NCBI GenBank assembly: GCA_965228855.1
Contig: CBDDIJ010000005.1
Location: 320,001-384,000, forward strand
Source: Candidatus Obscuribacterales bacterium
GTDB taxonomy: Bacteria; Cyanobacteriota; Vampirovibrionia; Obscuribacterales; Obscuribacteraceae
Reading direction: 5' to 3'
Length of the DNA stretch: 64,000 bases
The notes beneath the pieces are model-generated. The model was not told where the DNA came from. It saw only the letters and a program-made list of their open reading frames with translations, and did no database searches. The position numbers and the translations under genes were made by a program. This document shows, in pieces, positions 18,746-28,827 of the stretch. The first letter of the stretch is position 1. Every line of letters begins with the position of its first letter.

Positions 18746-20056
18746 ATGAACGATCTTTTCGTAGCTCGTTCGCAAATGGGCATGTCACTTGCCTTCCACA
18801 TCATCTTCGCGGCAATCGGTGTCGCTCTTCCACTAATGATGTGTATCGCAGAGTGGCTCTGGCTGAAGACCGGCGATGATGTTTATCTTGAACTGGCAAA
18901 GAGATGGTCCAAAGGTGCGGCAATTCTTTTCGCCGTCGGCGCAGTATCGGGCACGGTGCTCTCCTTCGAGCTTGGACTCCTATGGCCGGTCTTCATGAAG
19001 TGGTCGGGCGAAATTATCGGTCTGCCTTTCGCACTCGAAGGCTTCGCATTCTTCACGGAGGCGATCTTCCTCGGCATCTACTTATATGGATGGAAACTCG
19101 TGCCGAAAGCGGCGCACCTTGCTGCAGGTGTCGTCGTCTCGCTGAGTGGCGCCCTCTCCGCTTTCTTCGTAGTGCTTGCGAACGGATGGATGAACACGCC
19201 GACCGGCTTTCGCATCGTCGATGGCAAAGCCGTCGACATCGAGCCGGTAAAAGCGATGTTCAATCCGGCTGGTCTTCCTGAAGCGGCACACATGATCATC
19301 GCCGCTTATGCCGCAACCGCGTTCCTCGTGGCGGGCATCCATGCGTACATGCTACTGAAAGACAGGTCGAACATCTTCCATCGAAGAGCGATCGCCATTG
19401 CGCTTGTCCTTGGAGGAGCCATGGCCGTTCTCCAACCGCTTAGCGGCGACATTCTTGCCCAAATGGTCGCCTATATGCAACCGGTGAAACTTGCAGCGAT
19501 GGAAGCGCACTACGAAACCCGACGCGGAGCACCGATAATCGTAGGAGGAATTCCCGACAGCGAAAAAGCTGAAGTCCATTACGGCATCGAAATTCCCTAC
19601 GGTCTAAGCTTGCTGTCCTTCCACGATCCAAACGCGGAGGTGAAAGGACTTAAAGACTTCGCAAGAGAAAACTGGCCGAACGTCGCCCTCGTACACTACA
19701 ACTTTCAGGCAATGGTCGGATGTGGAATTCTCATGATGTTGGTTGCCGCCTGGAGCGCGCTTTTGTGGTGGAAAAAACGCTCACTCCCCGACTCCGATGT
19801 GTTCTTGAAAGCGCTGATACTGACGTCGCCTTTAGGTTTCATCGCGCTTGAAACTGGCTGGATGGTTACCGAGCTTGGACGCCAACCTTGGGTAGTCCAC
19901 AATATTATTCGTACGCGAGATGCCGTCACTCCTATGCCCGGATTGATAGTTCCATTCACAACCTTCACCATCCTCTACATCGTTCTGATGATAATAGTCA
20001 TTTTCCTAATCCGGCGGCAGGTCGTCAAAAGCCCAAGCCTAAAAAAGGTGGATTGA
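18746..20056 (+). CDS. cydA: Cytochrome bd ubiquinol oxidase subunit I
   Basis: Motifs AFHIIF, FFTEAIFLG, QPVKLAAME and GWMVTELGRQPW. Confidence 0.96.
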   Translation: MNDLFVARSQMGMSLAFHIIFAAIGVALPLMMCIAEWLWLKTGDDVYLELAKRWSKGAAILFAVGAVSGTVLSFELGLLWPVFMKWSGEIIGLPFALEGFAFFTEAIFLGIYLYGWKLVPKAAHLAAGVVVSLSGALSAFFVVLANGWMNTPTGFRIVDGKAVDIEPVKAMFNPAGLPEAAHMIIAAYAATAFLVAGIHAYMLLKDRSNIFHRRAIAIALVLGGAMAVLQPLSGDILAQMVAYMQPVKLAAMEAHYETRRGAPIIVGGIPDSEKAEVHYGIEIPYGLSLLSFHDPNAEVKGLKDFARENWPNVALVHYNFQAMVGCGILMMLVAAWSALLWWKKRSLPDSDVFLKALILTSPLGFIALETGWMVTELGRQPWVVHNIIRTRDAVTPMPGLIVPFTTFTILYIVLMIIVIFLIRRQVVKSPSLKKVD

Positions 20057-20057
20057 C

Positions 20058-21074
20058 TTGAACATCCCTTCACCTGAGCACATTCTGGGCCTTGCTGCGA
20101 TTATCTCACTGACATTTTATGCCCTCATGGGCGGTGCCGACTATGGCGGCGGCGTCTGGGACTTGCTTGCGTTCGGTCGCAGGGCAGCCAAGCAACGAGA
20201 GACGATCGCAAACGCTATCGGTCCGATTTGGGAAGCAAATCACGTCTGGCTCATCCTTGTAATTGTGATTCTGTTTGCCTGCTTTCCGCCGGCGTTCTGC
20301 GCAATCTCAATTGCGTTGCACATTCCACTTACAATTCTATTAATAGGTATCGTCCTGCGCGGCTCCGCATTCACCTTCCGGACCTATGACTCGCAACGCG
20401 ACAATGTTCAACGTCTGTGGGGAAGAATCTTTGCAATTTCCAGCACAATCACGCCAGTCGTGCTCGGTATAATTGTCGGTGCGATTTCGAATGGTGCTCT
20501 GACAATCGATGGCACCGACTTCTTGCAGATATACGTTCACTCATGGGCGCAACCGTTCCCCATCGCGGTAGGACTATTCGCATTGGCATTGTTCGCCTAT
20601 CTGGCAGCGGTTTATCTAACATCCGACACACTTGACGCAGAACTGCAAAACGATTTTCGGACGCGAGCTATGCTCTCGGCAATAGTAAGTGCGATCATGG
20701 CGGCAGTCGTTTTCTTTCTGTCGAAGAACGAAGCGCCCGCAATCTATGCAGACATCTCTCGTGTGATACCACTACATGTGGTGACCGCGCTTCTGGCACT
20801 CGGCTCGCTTTCATGTCTGTACTTTCGAAAGTTCGGCGTCGCCAGATTTTTCGCGGCCGGTCAAGTCGCCTTCGTTCTCTGGGGATGGGCGCTCGGACAG
20901 TATCCCTTTCTGGTTCGGCCTAACTGGACGATCACAAACTCAATGGCGAACAAAGAAACCCTGGATCTGGTAATCATTGCGCTGATGGCAGGAACAGTTT
21001 TACTTTGTCCATCGGTCCTTTATCTTCTCAAGATCTTCAAGTCGCGTTCGGATGTTCCCAAGTTAAACAGTTAG
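20058..21074 (+). CDS. cydB: Cytochrome bd ubiquinol oxidase subunit II
   Basis: Motifs GADYGGG, IGPIWEANHVWL and LRGSAF. Confidence 0.95.
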   Translation: MNIPSPEHILGLAAIISLTFYALMGGADYGGGVWDLLAFGRRAAKQRETIANAIGPIWEANHVWLILVIVILFACFPPAFCAISIALHIPLTILLIGIVLRGSAFTFRTYDSQRDNVQRLWGRIFAISSTITPVVLGIIVGAISNGALTIDGTDFLQIYVHSWAQPFPIAVGLFALALFAYLAAVYLTSDTLDAELQNDFRTRAMLSAIVSAIMAAVVFFLSKNEAPAIYADISRVIPLHVVTALLALGSLSCLYFRKFGVARFFAAGQVAFVLWGWALGQYPFLVRPNWTITNSMANKETLDLVIIALMAGTVLLCPSVLYLLKIFKSRSDVPKLNS

Positions 21075-21152
21075 CCCAAAACTCGACAAGCTTCGGGCAC
21101 TGACCTCGCTGACCTGTGTAAGAACAGCGGCAGCACCGCGAACTAAGCCATC

Positions 21153-21809
21153 CTACGAGCCAGACCCTGAATCCTCGCGGTGCTCTTCTTCCATCTTTTT
21201 CCACATCTCCTCTTCTTCGTTCTCAAACTGTTCAAGCTGTTTCAATGTATCGGCTTGAATCTTCAGCTGTTCATCCTCAGCCCAGGATGCAAGTCTTTGC
21301 TCTTTGCTTTGCCGCGCATCCTGCCAGAGTCGCTGGGCGTGAGTGTAAAACTCCAGCGCCGAAGTATGGCTGTCGAAAGCATAGGAGGGAACGTAGATGC
21401 TCGTGAAGATTTTCGAGAGAAAGTATACGCTGCCATTGTCGAACTGAACCTTGTCGACCTTACCCCAGGTCAACTTTGTATCGTTGACCTTATCGGTGAA
21501 GTCACGCACTCCGTCTTCCGAGATTGTGGTGGTGCACAATCTTGGCTTCGAAAGCAACTTGCGCACCATGAGCCACGATAAAAGTATTGGCGCCAGAAGT
21601 GTAAATGCAATAATGAACATGATGTCTACCAGCGGAAAGTGAATTCCTAAACCAGCAGCGCAGACGACGATGACTATAGACGAGATAAGAATGAACGTTG
21701 GAAACAACTGCCCCTTCTTTAATAGATACAGATTGCAGCGCCAAATCTCGTCGCCATTGCTGGCGTCATAACTTATCTCTCGACTCTCCATCGGCACAAG
21801 CTCGGACAT
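21153..21809 (-). CDS. Two-TM membrane protein with a YcxB-like C-terminal domain
   Basis: Two TM helices, then ISEDGV..LTW..IYVPSYAF. Confidence 0.6.
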   Translation of the reverse strand: MSELVPMESREISYDASNGDEIWRCNLYLLKKGQLFPTFILISSIVIVVCAAGLGIHFPLVDIMFIIAFTLLAPILLSWLMVRKLLSKPRLCTTTISEDGVRDFTDKVNDTKLTWGKVDKVQFDNGSVYFLSKIFTSIYVPSYAFDSHTSALEFYTHAQRLWQDARQSKEQRLASWAEDEQLKIQADTLKQLEQFENEEEEMWKKMEEEHREDSGSGS

Positions 21810-21887
21810 CTTCGCTCCGATGTTTAGTGTGAACTGAAACGTTCGGGTGTGAGACTTGAACGTTCGCGGCGCTCTTGGACTGGGAAA

Positions 21888-24800
21888 TTAAGCTCTAACT
21901 CTACTTGCCGACACCCTCAACGCATCGCTGAAGTTCGCTTTGATGTCGGTGATCAACTCAGGCGAAGCGCTAACCCAGAACTGCGAGCCGACAAGAATGA
22001 CCTTACTTTCTTTACCCATTCTGAAGTGCAGCATCACAGGGTCCTCGCCCTTATGCGCGTTCAAAATGTCTTTCAAGCGGTGCATATCCGAAAACGACGG
22101 GTCTCTGCCGATGACGATATCAACCATTGAGGCGTCCGCGATCCTTCTTACTGACGTAGCGACAATACTGAAGTTATCTTCGAACTTCTTGACCTTCCCT
22201 TTTATCAACACGAGTGCTTGAGCTTGCAATGTCTCCGGCGGAATTTTCTCGAGCAGATCGCTATAGATGACGACTTCGCACTTGGAACTAAGGTCTTCCA
22301 TGTGAACAATACCGAGCAGCTTGTTCGACTTGGTGAGCCGCTTCTCAACCGCGTTGGCGAGACCTCCGATAATAGCGTTTGTTCCATCGGCCGATTCGCG
22401 CAATTCCTTTATAGAGTGAGTAGTGAGGAACTTCAGTCGATTGGCAACCCGATTGAGCGGATGACTGGAAACATAGAAGCCGAGAAGTTCATGCTCCATA
22501 ACCTGCATTTCCGCTTCTTCAAATTCGGAACCATCGCCGCGCAAACTCATATCGAGTTTCATCAGCGCGCCGCTGTCGTCATCGCTTCCGCCGAAAGAAA
22601 ACAGACTCATCTGCCCACTCGCTTCGGAACTCTGCCTGCGAGCAGAGGCATCGACGATAGCGTCGAGGTTTTCGAGAGCTTGTTTGCGCGTGATGTTTAA
22701 ACTTAAGCAAGCACCGCATTTGATGAGCGCTTCAAGCGTCCGCTTGTTGACGGTTTTGAGATCGATGCGATTGCAGAAATCATGCAGGCTTTTAAATGGT
22801 CCACCGAGTTCGCGTTTTTTGACAATCTCCTCGACTGCGGCTTCGCCGACGTTCTTAATACCGGAAAGTCCGAAACGAATGTTGCCACCATCAGCGGTGA
22901 ATTCCTTCCCGGACACATTGACGTCCGGAGGAAGAATTTCGATGTTCATCGACTGGCATTCGGCGATGTAACCCTGAACCTTATCTTGTTCTCCAGCGAC
23001 CGAAGACATCAACGCGGTCATGTATTGGACCGGATAGTGCGTCTTCAGATACGCAGTTTGGTAGGTTAGAACACCATACGCAGCGGAGTGCGACTTGTTG
23101 AAGCAGTACTCAGCAAACTGAACCATGATGTCGAACAGTTTGTCGGAGATTTCCTGCGCAACACCACGCTCCGCAGCACCAGCGATAAACTTGCCGCGGT
23201 GCTTCTCCATCTCCTCCGGCTTTTTCTTACCCATGGCTCGACGGAGCAAGTCGGCTTGACCCAGACTATAACCACCGAGCTGCTGAGCGATCTGCATGAT
23301 CTGCTCTTGGTACACGATCTGCCCGTAGGTGTCCTTGAGAATCGGCTCAAGCAGCGGCGTGTCGTAGGTAATTTTCATCTTGCCGTGTTTACAGCCGATG
23401 AACTTATCGATCATCCCTGAGTCCAACGGACCTGGTCGATACAACGCGATTAGCGCTGAAATATCTTCCATGTTGGACGGCTTCATGTCGCGCGCGACTT
23501 GACGCATCCCTGAAGAGGTTTCTAACTGGAAGATGCCCGAGAGGTCCCCGTTACTGATTGTTTGATACGTCTTCTCGTCGTCTAACGGAATGTCGTCAGG
23601 ATTGATCTCGACTCCAACGGTTTGCTTGATGCACTTGACCGCTTTGTCGATCATAGTCAAGTTTCTCAGACCGAGGAAGTCCATCTTCACCAGCCCGACA
23701 TAGGCGGCGTCTTCCATGTAGAACTGACAGATGACTGTTCCATCATTGTTCTTCTGTAGCGGAACAAGGTTTTCCAGTGGTGTATCTGAGATTACAACAC
23801 CCGCGGCGTGCATACCGAAGGTTTTGTTGGTGCCTTCAAGTTGCTGAGCGAGATCGATAACTTGTCGAGCTTCGTCGCTGTTCTGATATTCCTTTTTAAA
23901 CTCAGGGTGCTCAACAAGCATGTCCTTCAATGGAGTCGGTTTACCGCGAACAACCGGCACCATCTTAGCGAGCTTCGTGGACTCAGCAAAAGGAAATTCC
24001 AACACACGAGCAACGTCTTTGATGACTGCTTTCGAAGTCATTTTGTTGAACGTGATGATCTGTGAAACGTGATCCTGACCATACTTTTCCGCGCAGTATT
24101 TGATGACCTCGTCACGACGTTCGATACAAAAGTCGGTATCGATGTCGGGCATGGATTGTCGTTCCGGGTTCAAAAATCTTTCGAAGAGCAATGCGTTCTT
24201 GATCGGATCAATGTTCGTGATCCCAGTCGCGTAAGCTACTAAACTTCCTGCAGCAGATCCACGACCTGGGCCCACGGGAATGCCATTGTCGCGCGCGTAC
24301 TTTATGAAGTCAGCGGTCATGATGAAGTAGGACGCGAACTTTTTCTGCTCGATACATTCGAGTTCCATCTTCGCTCGGGCTTCATACTCAGGTGGAATCA
24401 CTCCTTCGCAACGCTCTTTAACACCTTCCATTACGATGTGGGTGAGGTAACTATCTGCCGTGTGACCGTCAGGCATCGCAATGATCGGTAGCCTCGGCTC
24501 GCCGGCTAATTTGATGGTCTCAACTCTGTCGGCAATCTCAAGAGTGCTGTTTAGCGCCTCTTCGATGTATTCGGTATCAAGGTGATCGCGGAAAAGATAC
24601 GACATCTCGTCGCCGTTCTTCAAATATTCCCAGCCGGAGAACTTCATGCGATTCGCATCGGTAACCATCTTGCCCATCTGAATACAGAGCAAGCAGTCAT
24701 GCGCCATAGCATCATTCTTGTTGGTAAAGTGCGAGTCGTTGGTTGCACAGAGTTTGATACCAAGGTCACGCGAAATTTTGATCAGCTCACGGTTAACTTT

Positions 24801-25349
24801 GCGGTCTTCCCAGTAGCCGTGATCCTGTATTTCGATGAAATAATCATCCTTCAGTGTGTCTCTAAACCAAGCCGCTTTCTCGCGAGCCTCGTCAAATTTG
24901 TCCTTCAAAATGAGCTGCGACAGCTCCGCACCAAGACAGCCGGAGAGAACTACCAGTCCCTCTTTGAACTCGGCGAGCATTTCTTTGTTGATTCGAGGTT
25001 TGTAGTAATAGCCGTTCAAGTGAGCGCGAGAAACCAGCTTCACCAGATTCTGATAGCCAGTTTTGTTTCGCGCAATTATCGTAAGGTGATAGAGACTTTG
25101 CTTCGTCTTCTTGTCAGTTACGTCACCATCAATGATGTATGCTTCGTAGCCCAAAATGGGCTTAACACCACCTATTTCATTGCAAGCTTTGGTAAGTTCG
25201 ACCGCACCATACATGACACCATGATCGGTGATCGCAACAGCCGGCATGTTTTCAGCTTTTGCCTTCTTGACCAAATCTTTGATCTTAGTAGCGCCATCAA
25301 GCAAGCTGTATTCCGTATGCAAATGTAGCGGTACATAAGGGCGCGGCAT
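21888..25349 (-). CDS. dnaE: DNA polymerase III alpha subunit (single chain, no intein)
   Basis: PHP domain LHLHTEYSLLDG; motifs GRGSAAGS, MPDIDTD and AEYCFNKSH; start re-placed at MPRPY. Confidence 0.98.
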   Translation of the reverse strand: MPRPYVPLHLHTEYSLLDGATKIKDLVKKAKAENMPAVAITDHGVMYGAVELTKACNEIGGVKPILGYEAYIIDGDVTDKKTKQSLYHLTIIARNKTGYQNLVKLVSRAHLNGYYYKPRINKEMLAEFKEGLVVLSGCLGAELSQLILKDKFDEAREKAAWFRDTLKDDYFIEIQDHGYWEDRKVNRELIKISRDLGIKLCATNDSHFTNKNDAMAHDCLLCIQMGKMVTDANRMKFSGWEYLKNGDEMSYLFRDHLDTEYIEEALNSTLEIADRVETIKLAGEPRLPIIAMPDGHTADSYLTHIVMEGVKERCEGVIPPEYEARAKMELECIEQKKFASYFIMTADFIKYARDNGIPVGPGRGSAAGSLVAYATGITNIDPIKNALLFERFLNPERQSMPDIDTDFCIERRDEVIKYCAEKYGQDHVSQIITFNKMTSKAVIKDVARVLEFPFAESTKLAKMVPVVRGKPTPLKDMLVEHPEFKKEYQNSDEARQVIDLAQQLEGTNKTFGMHAAGVVISDTPLENLVPLQKNNDGTVICQFYMEDAAYVGLVKMDFLGLRNLTMIDKAVKCIKQTVGVEINPDDIPLDDEKTYQTISNGDLSGIFQLETSSGMRQVARDMKPSNMEDISALIALYRPGPLDSGMIDKFIGCKHGKMKITYDTPLLEPILKDTYGQIVYQEQIMQIAQQLGGYSLGQADLLRRAMGKKKPEEMEKHRGKFIAGAAERGVAQEISDKLFDIMVQFAEYCFNKSHSAAYGVLTYQTAYLKTHYPVQYMTALMSSVAGEQDKVQGYIAECQSMNIEILPPDVNVSGKEFTADGGNIRFGLSGIKNVGEAAVEEIVKKRELGGPFKSLHDFCNRIDLKTVNKRTLEALIKCGACLSLNITRKQALENLDAIVDASARRQSSEASGQMSLFSFGGSDDDSGALMKLDMSLRGDGSEFEEAEMQVMEHELLGFYVSSHPLNRVANRLKFLTTHSIKELRESADGTNAIIGGLANAVEKRLTKSNKLLGIVHMEDLSSKCEVVIYSDLLEKIPPETLQAQALVLIKGKVKKFEDNFSIVATSVRRIADASMVDIVIGRDPSFSDMHRLKDILNAHKGEDPVMLHFRMGKESKVILVGSQFWVSASPELITDIKANFSDALRVSASRVRA

Positions 25350-25608
25350 GACGTGATCTCCCAAAGAGCAAATTGGCTGCCGAAAACAAAACAAATCGGC
25401 GACAATCGATCGATATATCCAATGGATACAGGCTAAAAACCCCGCAATCCATATCATCCTCCCCATTTTCGCACGTTCGTCGAAAACTCGGAGGCTATAT
25501 ATCGTTTATACGATGAAACCGCGCAAAAAGTTCAGCTCACAAAAGCCGCTGCTATTGCCTGAAACCAACGAAACAGACAAGGGGAAAGATTAAATCTCAA
25601 ACTTTCAA

Positions 25609-26622
25609 TTACTTGCCGCGCACCCAATCGCCAAATCTGCGCAGCTGTCCATCGACCGAGAGCGGGTTGATGGCATCCTGCGGCGCGCCCGGTCTGGTCG
25701 GATCAGACGACGGTTTCGGCTTCGGTGCGTTTTTGCCAAGATAATCCTGAACAGACTTCTGCACCTGCCTTCCGTCCTTGTCAAAATCTAGCTTGTCATT
25801 GAATGTTCGTGTGCTTCCGCCTGGGGGCTGCCACCGCGTTCCGTCCGAGGGTAGCGCTCGAGGTTGATACGGCGCGGGAGGCTGCGACGGCTTTGGCGTT
25901 GAATCGGCTGGTCGAAGCTGCTGTTCTCGCCTATCAACGTCACGACGCATCTGCTGTTCGCGATCCGAGAGAACTCGCCCGGCTCCTGGGTCGACTCCGA
26001 ATCGAGCGCGTCCACTCGGAGGAAGAGGCGCAAGCGGTCTCGCCCCCTCTTCAATTCTGTCGATGTCTCTTCGATCTTGTTGATTTCTGTTGTCCAGTTG
26101 CCTGCCAAGGTCCGTAGGCACTCCATAACGAGCGCGTCCTCCCGGAGTGGGTCCAACAGGTGCAGGCGGGGTTAGTGGATTCGGAACGTACCTTTTCGAT
26201 TCTTCGATGTCATGTTTTCTGCGCTCTTCTGCTTCTTTAGCCAGTCGCTCTCTTACGCCTTGCTGCTCGCGGCGCGCTTCCATGATGCGCCTGCGATTCT
26301 CAGCCTCTCGCTGTGCCGCTGGATCCAAGCCGCCTTCCGAAACAGGGTTTACAACCTGTGGTGAACCAGGTGCGCGATTAGGCTGACCTTGCGGCTTTGG
26401 AGTTAGATAATGATCAAGAATCGTTGGTTGCTGAAACGGATTTGGTGTTGTCGCAGGCGAGGCCATTCGAGGGGGCTCAGCAGTTTTCGGCACCACAGGT
26501 GGTGCTACAGTTTGCGCGGTTCTTTTCTCAACCGGAGGACTCAGATACAAGTCAACAAGACTCAACTGGCGCTGCGGCGGTGACGCTTCAACTCTGGCAG
26601 GATCCACTTCGTTGTTCGCCAT
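25609..26622 (-). CDS. Hypothetical Pro/Gln/Arg-rich protein with two internal ~30-aa repeats
   Basis: GGAGG RBS; repeats GRARYGV..RRDIDR and GRARFGV..RRDVDR. Confidence 0.65.
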   Translation of the reverse strand: MANNEVDPARVEASPPQRQLSLVDLYLSPPVEKRTAQTVAPPVVPKTAEPPRMASPATTPNPFQQPTILDHYLTPKPQGQPNRAPGSPQVVNPVSEGGLDPAAQREAENRRRIMEARREQQGVRERLAKEAEERRKHDIEESKRYVPNPLTPPAPVGPTPGGRARYGVPTDLGRQLDNRNQQDRRDIDRIEEGARPLAPLPPSGRARFGVDPGAGRVLSDREQQMRRDVDRREQQLRPADSTPKPSQPPAPYQPRALPSDGTRWQPPGGSTRTFNDKLDFDKDGRQVQKSVQDYLGKNAPKPKPSSDPTRPGAPQDAINPLSVDGQLRRFGDWVRGK

Positions 26623-26904
26623 GACATTCCTCCATGTAGAAACTGCGCCTGAATTGACAGGCGATAAACTTTTCCCGATTACGTATCTACAATTCTTCTC
26701 GAGTCATCGGTCAAGAACAATACGCAAATGCACAGTCGCAATGTTGAAAACCGCACTCAAAGCCGCGACTCACTAGAGTTTTTCCCACTCATAATGCGGT
26801 TCTAAATGTTAAAGATCTCCAATATCAAAACTAGGATGTTTTAGTTCAAAGCTGCGAAATTGAACTCATTTTTGCTATTTCGTGAAGTCTCTAGCGAGAT
26901 GGTG

Positions 26905-27516
26905 TCAGATTCGCTTGATGATTTCCGTGATTTGGTTCCTATGTATCTGTTGATGCATAGGAGCGAACACCTGCCACTGCTGAGCGTTTAGCGGACCAAA
27001 CCAGGGATGGGCGTACTTTAACTCCGGAAATTTGTCTACTGCGAGGCCTGTGATCGTAGCTATAAAATCATCCGAATTTTTCCGGTAATCGTGACAAATG
27101 GTTTCTGGATTTACATCGGCTGACGGTTTAACGTCCGCAGTTGAAGAAGGTTTATCTGTTTCCACCTGTATGCCGTTCGATAGGCTAACAATCAGGCTTT
27201 TCATACGATCGTTCACAATGATTAGATGCTGCAGCGTCATCGCCACAGACCAGAACCGTGAGCTGTCCTCTAATCCACGTAATCGAGGAATGAGACGCCG
27301 GGTGGCCAGCTCAACAGGAGACAAACGACTAGCAGCTGCAATTATCTTGCCAGACTCATCGGCGAACTGGTCGAGCGCTTGTCTCGGCGTTGTCGTGCGA
27401 AGTCGAATCGGGACCAGGATGTAGTTAGCCAGCGCCCATTCGTAAAATGGCAAACCATCTCCGGGCTTCGCGAGGTGAGGCTCTTTCTGCTCAGTTCGAA
27501 TCATGATTAACACCAT
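26905..27516 (-). CDS. DinB-family protein
   Basis: Motifs WSVAMTLQHL, HPWFGPL and MHQQIH. Confidence 0.8.
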   Translation of the reverse strand: MVLIMIRTEQKEPHLAKPGDGLPFYEWALANYILVPIRLRTTTPRQALDQFADESGKIIAAASRLSPVELATRRLIPRLRGLEDSSRFWSVAMTLQHLIIVNDRMKSLIVSLSNGIQVETDKPSSTADVKPSADVNPETICHDYRKNSDDFIATITGLAVDKFPELKYAHPWFGPLNAQQWQVFAPMHQQIHRNQITEIIKRI

Positions 27517-28018
27517 TGTCCAACTTCTTCACATAACCGAGCACCACCACATCCGGTGCCAGATGAAAATCTATCTCACTGAATCGTTGATACCCCCTGC
27601 GCTCATACATTGCTTTGGCGACTGCCATCAGCCTTGTCGTGTGCAGAGTTATGGCGGCAGAGTTCTCTTGCGCCGCCTTCTGCTCGCATGCGTTTATCAA
27701 CTTATCTGCAATACCTTTATTGCGATGGCGGGGCAAAATTGACAGCAACCGCATCTCTGGATAGGGATTTTTTATACGCTGCGCACCGAAGTCCTTTTCA
27801 TACGGCGGACAGTAAACAACTGACCCAACAATATCGTCGTCCTCCACCGCCACCATCCGAAGCAGAGACGGGTCAGTCAGTATCAGTTCGCGAGTAGATT
27901 GCGCGTAACGCAGCCACGACTCTTCACCCATTTCGTCTGCGTATTCGGCATAAGCATCGAGCGTCAAATCGGCAATTGCCGGTCGCTCTTCGAGCGTCGC
28001 CTGGCGCAAAGTAATCAT
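27491..28018 (-). CDS. GNAT family N-acetyltransferase
   Basis: Motifs RHRNKGIA and AKAMYERRGY; start re-placed at MITLRQA. Confidence 0.88.
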   Translation of the reverse strand: MITLRQATLEERPAIADLTLDAYAEYADEMGEESWLRYAQSTRELILTDPSLLRMVAVEDDDIVGSVVYCPPYEKDFGAQRIKNPYPEMRLLSILPRHRNKGIADKLINACEQKAAQENSAAITLHTTRLMAVAKAMYERRGYQRFSEIDFHLAPDVVVLGYVKKLDNGVNHDSN

Positions 28019-28054
28019 CAGACCCCGAGCCTCTCTATATAAGGAACCAAAACC

Positions 28055-28112
28055 ACTTGCATTTTGCAAGTACTCTTCAAGCATACCCTTAGCGCTTGCA
28101 AATTGCAAGTAC
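28055..28112. promoter_or_regulatory. Twin palindromic operators CTTGCA-N3-TGCAAG
   Basis: ACTTGCATTTTGCAAGT (28055-28071) and CTTGCAAATTGCAAG (28095-28109) in the divergent GNAT/HxlR intergenic region. Confidence 0.75.
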
Positions 28113-28122
28113 CTGCTAATAT

Positions 28123-28575
28123 ATGAGTGTGACCCAATCCAGCAAAGCCAAACCACGTTCCGAATGCGTTTTCAGCAATGTCCTCGATTTGTTCGGCGAC
28201 AAATGGACGCTGCTGGTCATAAGGGACATTTTCTTTTTCAACAAGCACGAATTCAAAGAGTTTCTCGCCAGCCCTGAGTGCATAGCCACAAACATTTTGT
28301 CGGATCGATTGAAACGACTTCTAGCCAACGGCGTGATCGCGGAACAAGTTCATCCGGAAAACAAATCGCGCAAGTTTTACTACTTGACCGAGAAAGGAAA
28401 GGCGCTTCTACCCATGCTGATCGCGATGGCGAAGTGGGGCGCTATCTACATGCCGGACTTAAACGAGATGCAAAAACTCTACGCCCGCCTTCGCGAAGAC
28501 GAGGACAAATTGTTGAGTGAGGTTTTGGAAGCTATCGAGCAGTGGGAAGTGCAGAATATTCCGCAATCCCGGTGA
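28123..28575 (+). CDS. HxlR-family winged-helix transcriptional regulator
   Basis: Motifs C..LDLFGDKWTLLVIRD, LSDRLKRL and YYLTEKG. Confidence 0.92.
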   Translation: MSVTQSSKAKPRSECVFSNVLDLFGDKWTLLVIRDIFFFNKHEFKEFLASPECIATNILSDRLKRLLANGVIAEQVHPENKSRKFYYLTEKGKALLPMLIAMAKWGAIYMPDLNEMQKLYARLREDEDKLLSEVLEAIEQWEVQNIPQSR

Positions 28576-28827
28576 GCGCGGAGGGTTTCCGAACAAACGA
28601 TCAGAATCGCGAGGGAGACAGCGCAACTAACCGAGAATTCTGCGCGCCGGTGTGAAACCCGCGCTCATCGGCGCAGGTTGGCTCGCGGCTGATGACGCCT
28701 AGGAAGACTATGAGAATTTGAAAAGCAACTCTAAATAATGTTTCGGAAAACATCCCTATTCGAAGCGGTATGCATGAGATTCCACCGATGAATTTTTACG
28801 ACCCTTTATTGCCATTACGACAAGGAA

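Noticed and set aside
28646..28700. Hammerhead-like words GAAA..CUGAUGA
   Set aside because: No formable stem I between the putative cleavage site and CUGAUGA, and the stem II register is wrong.
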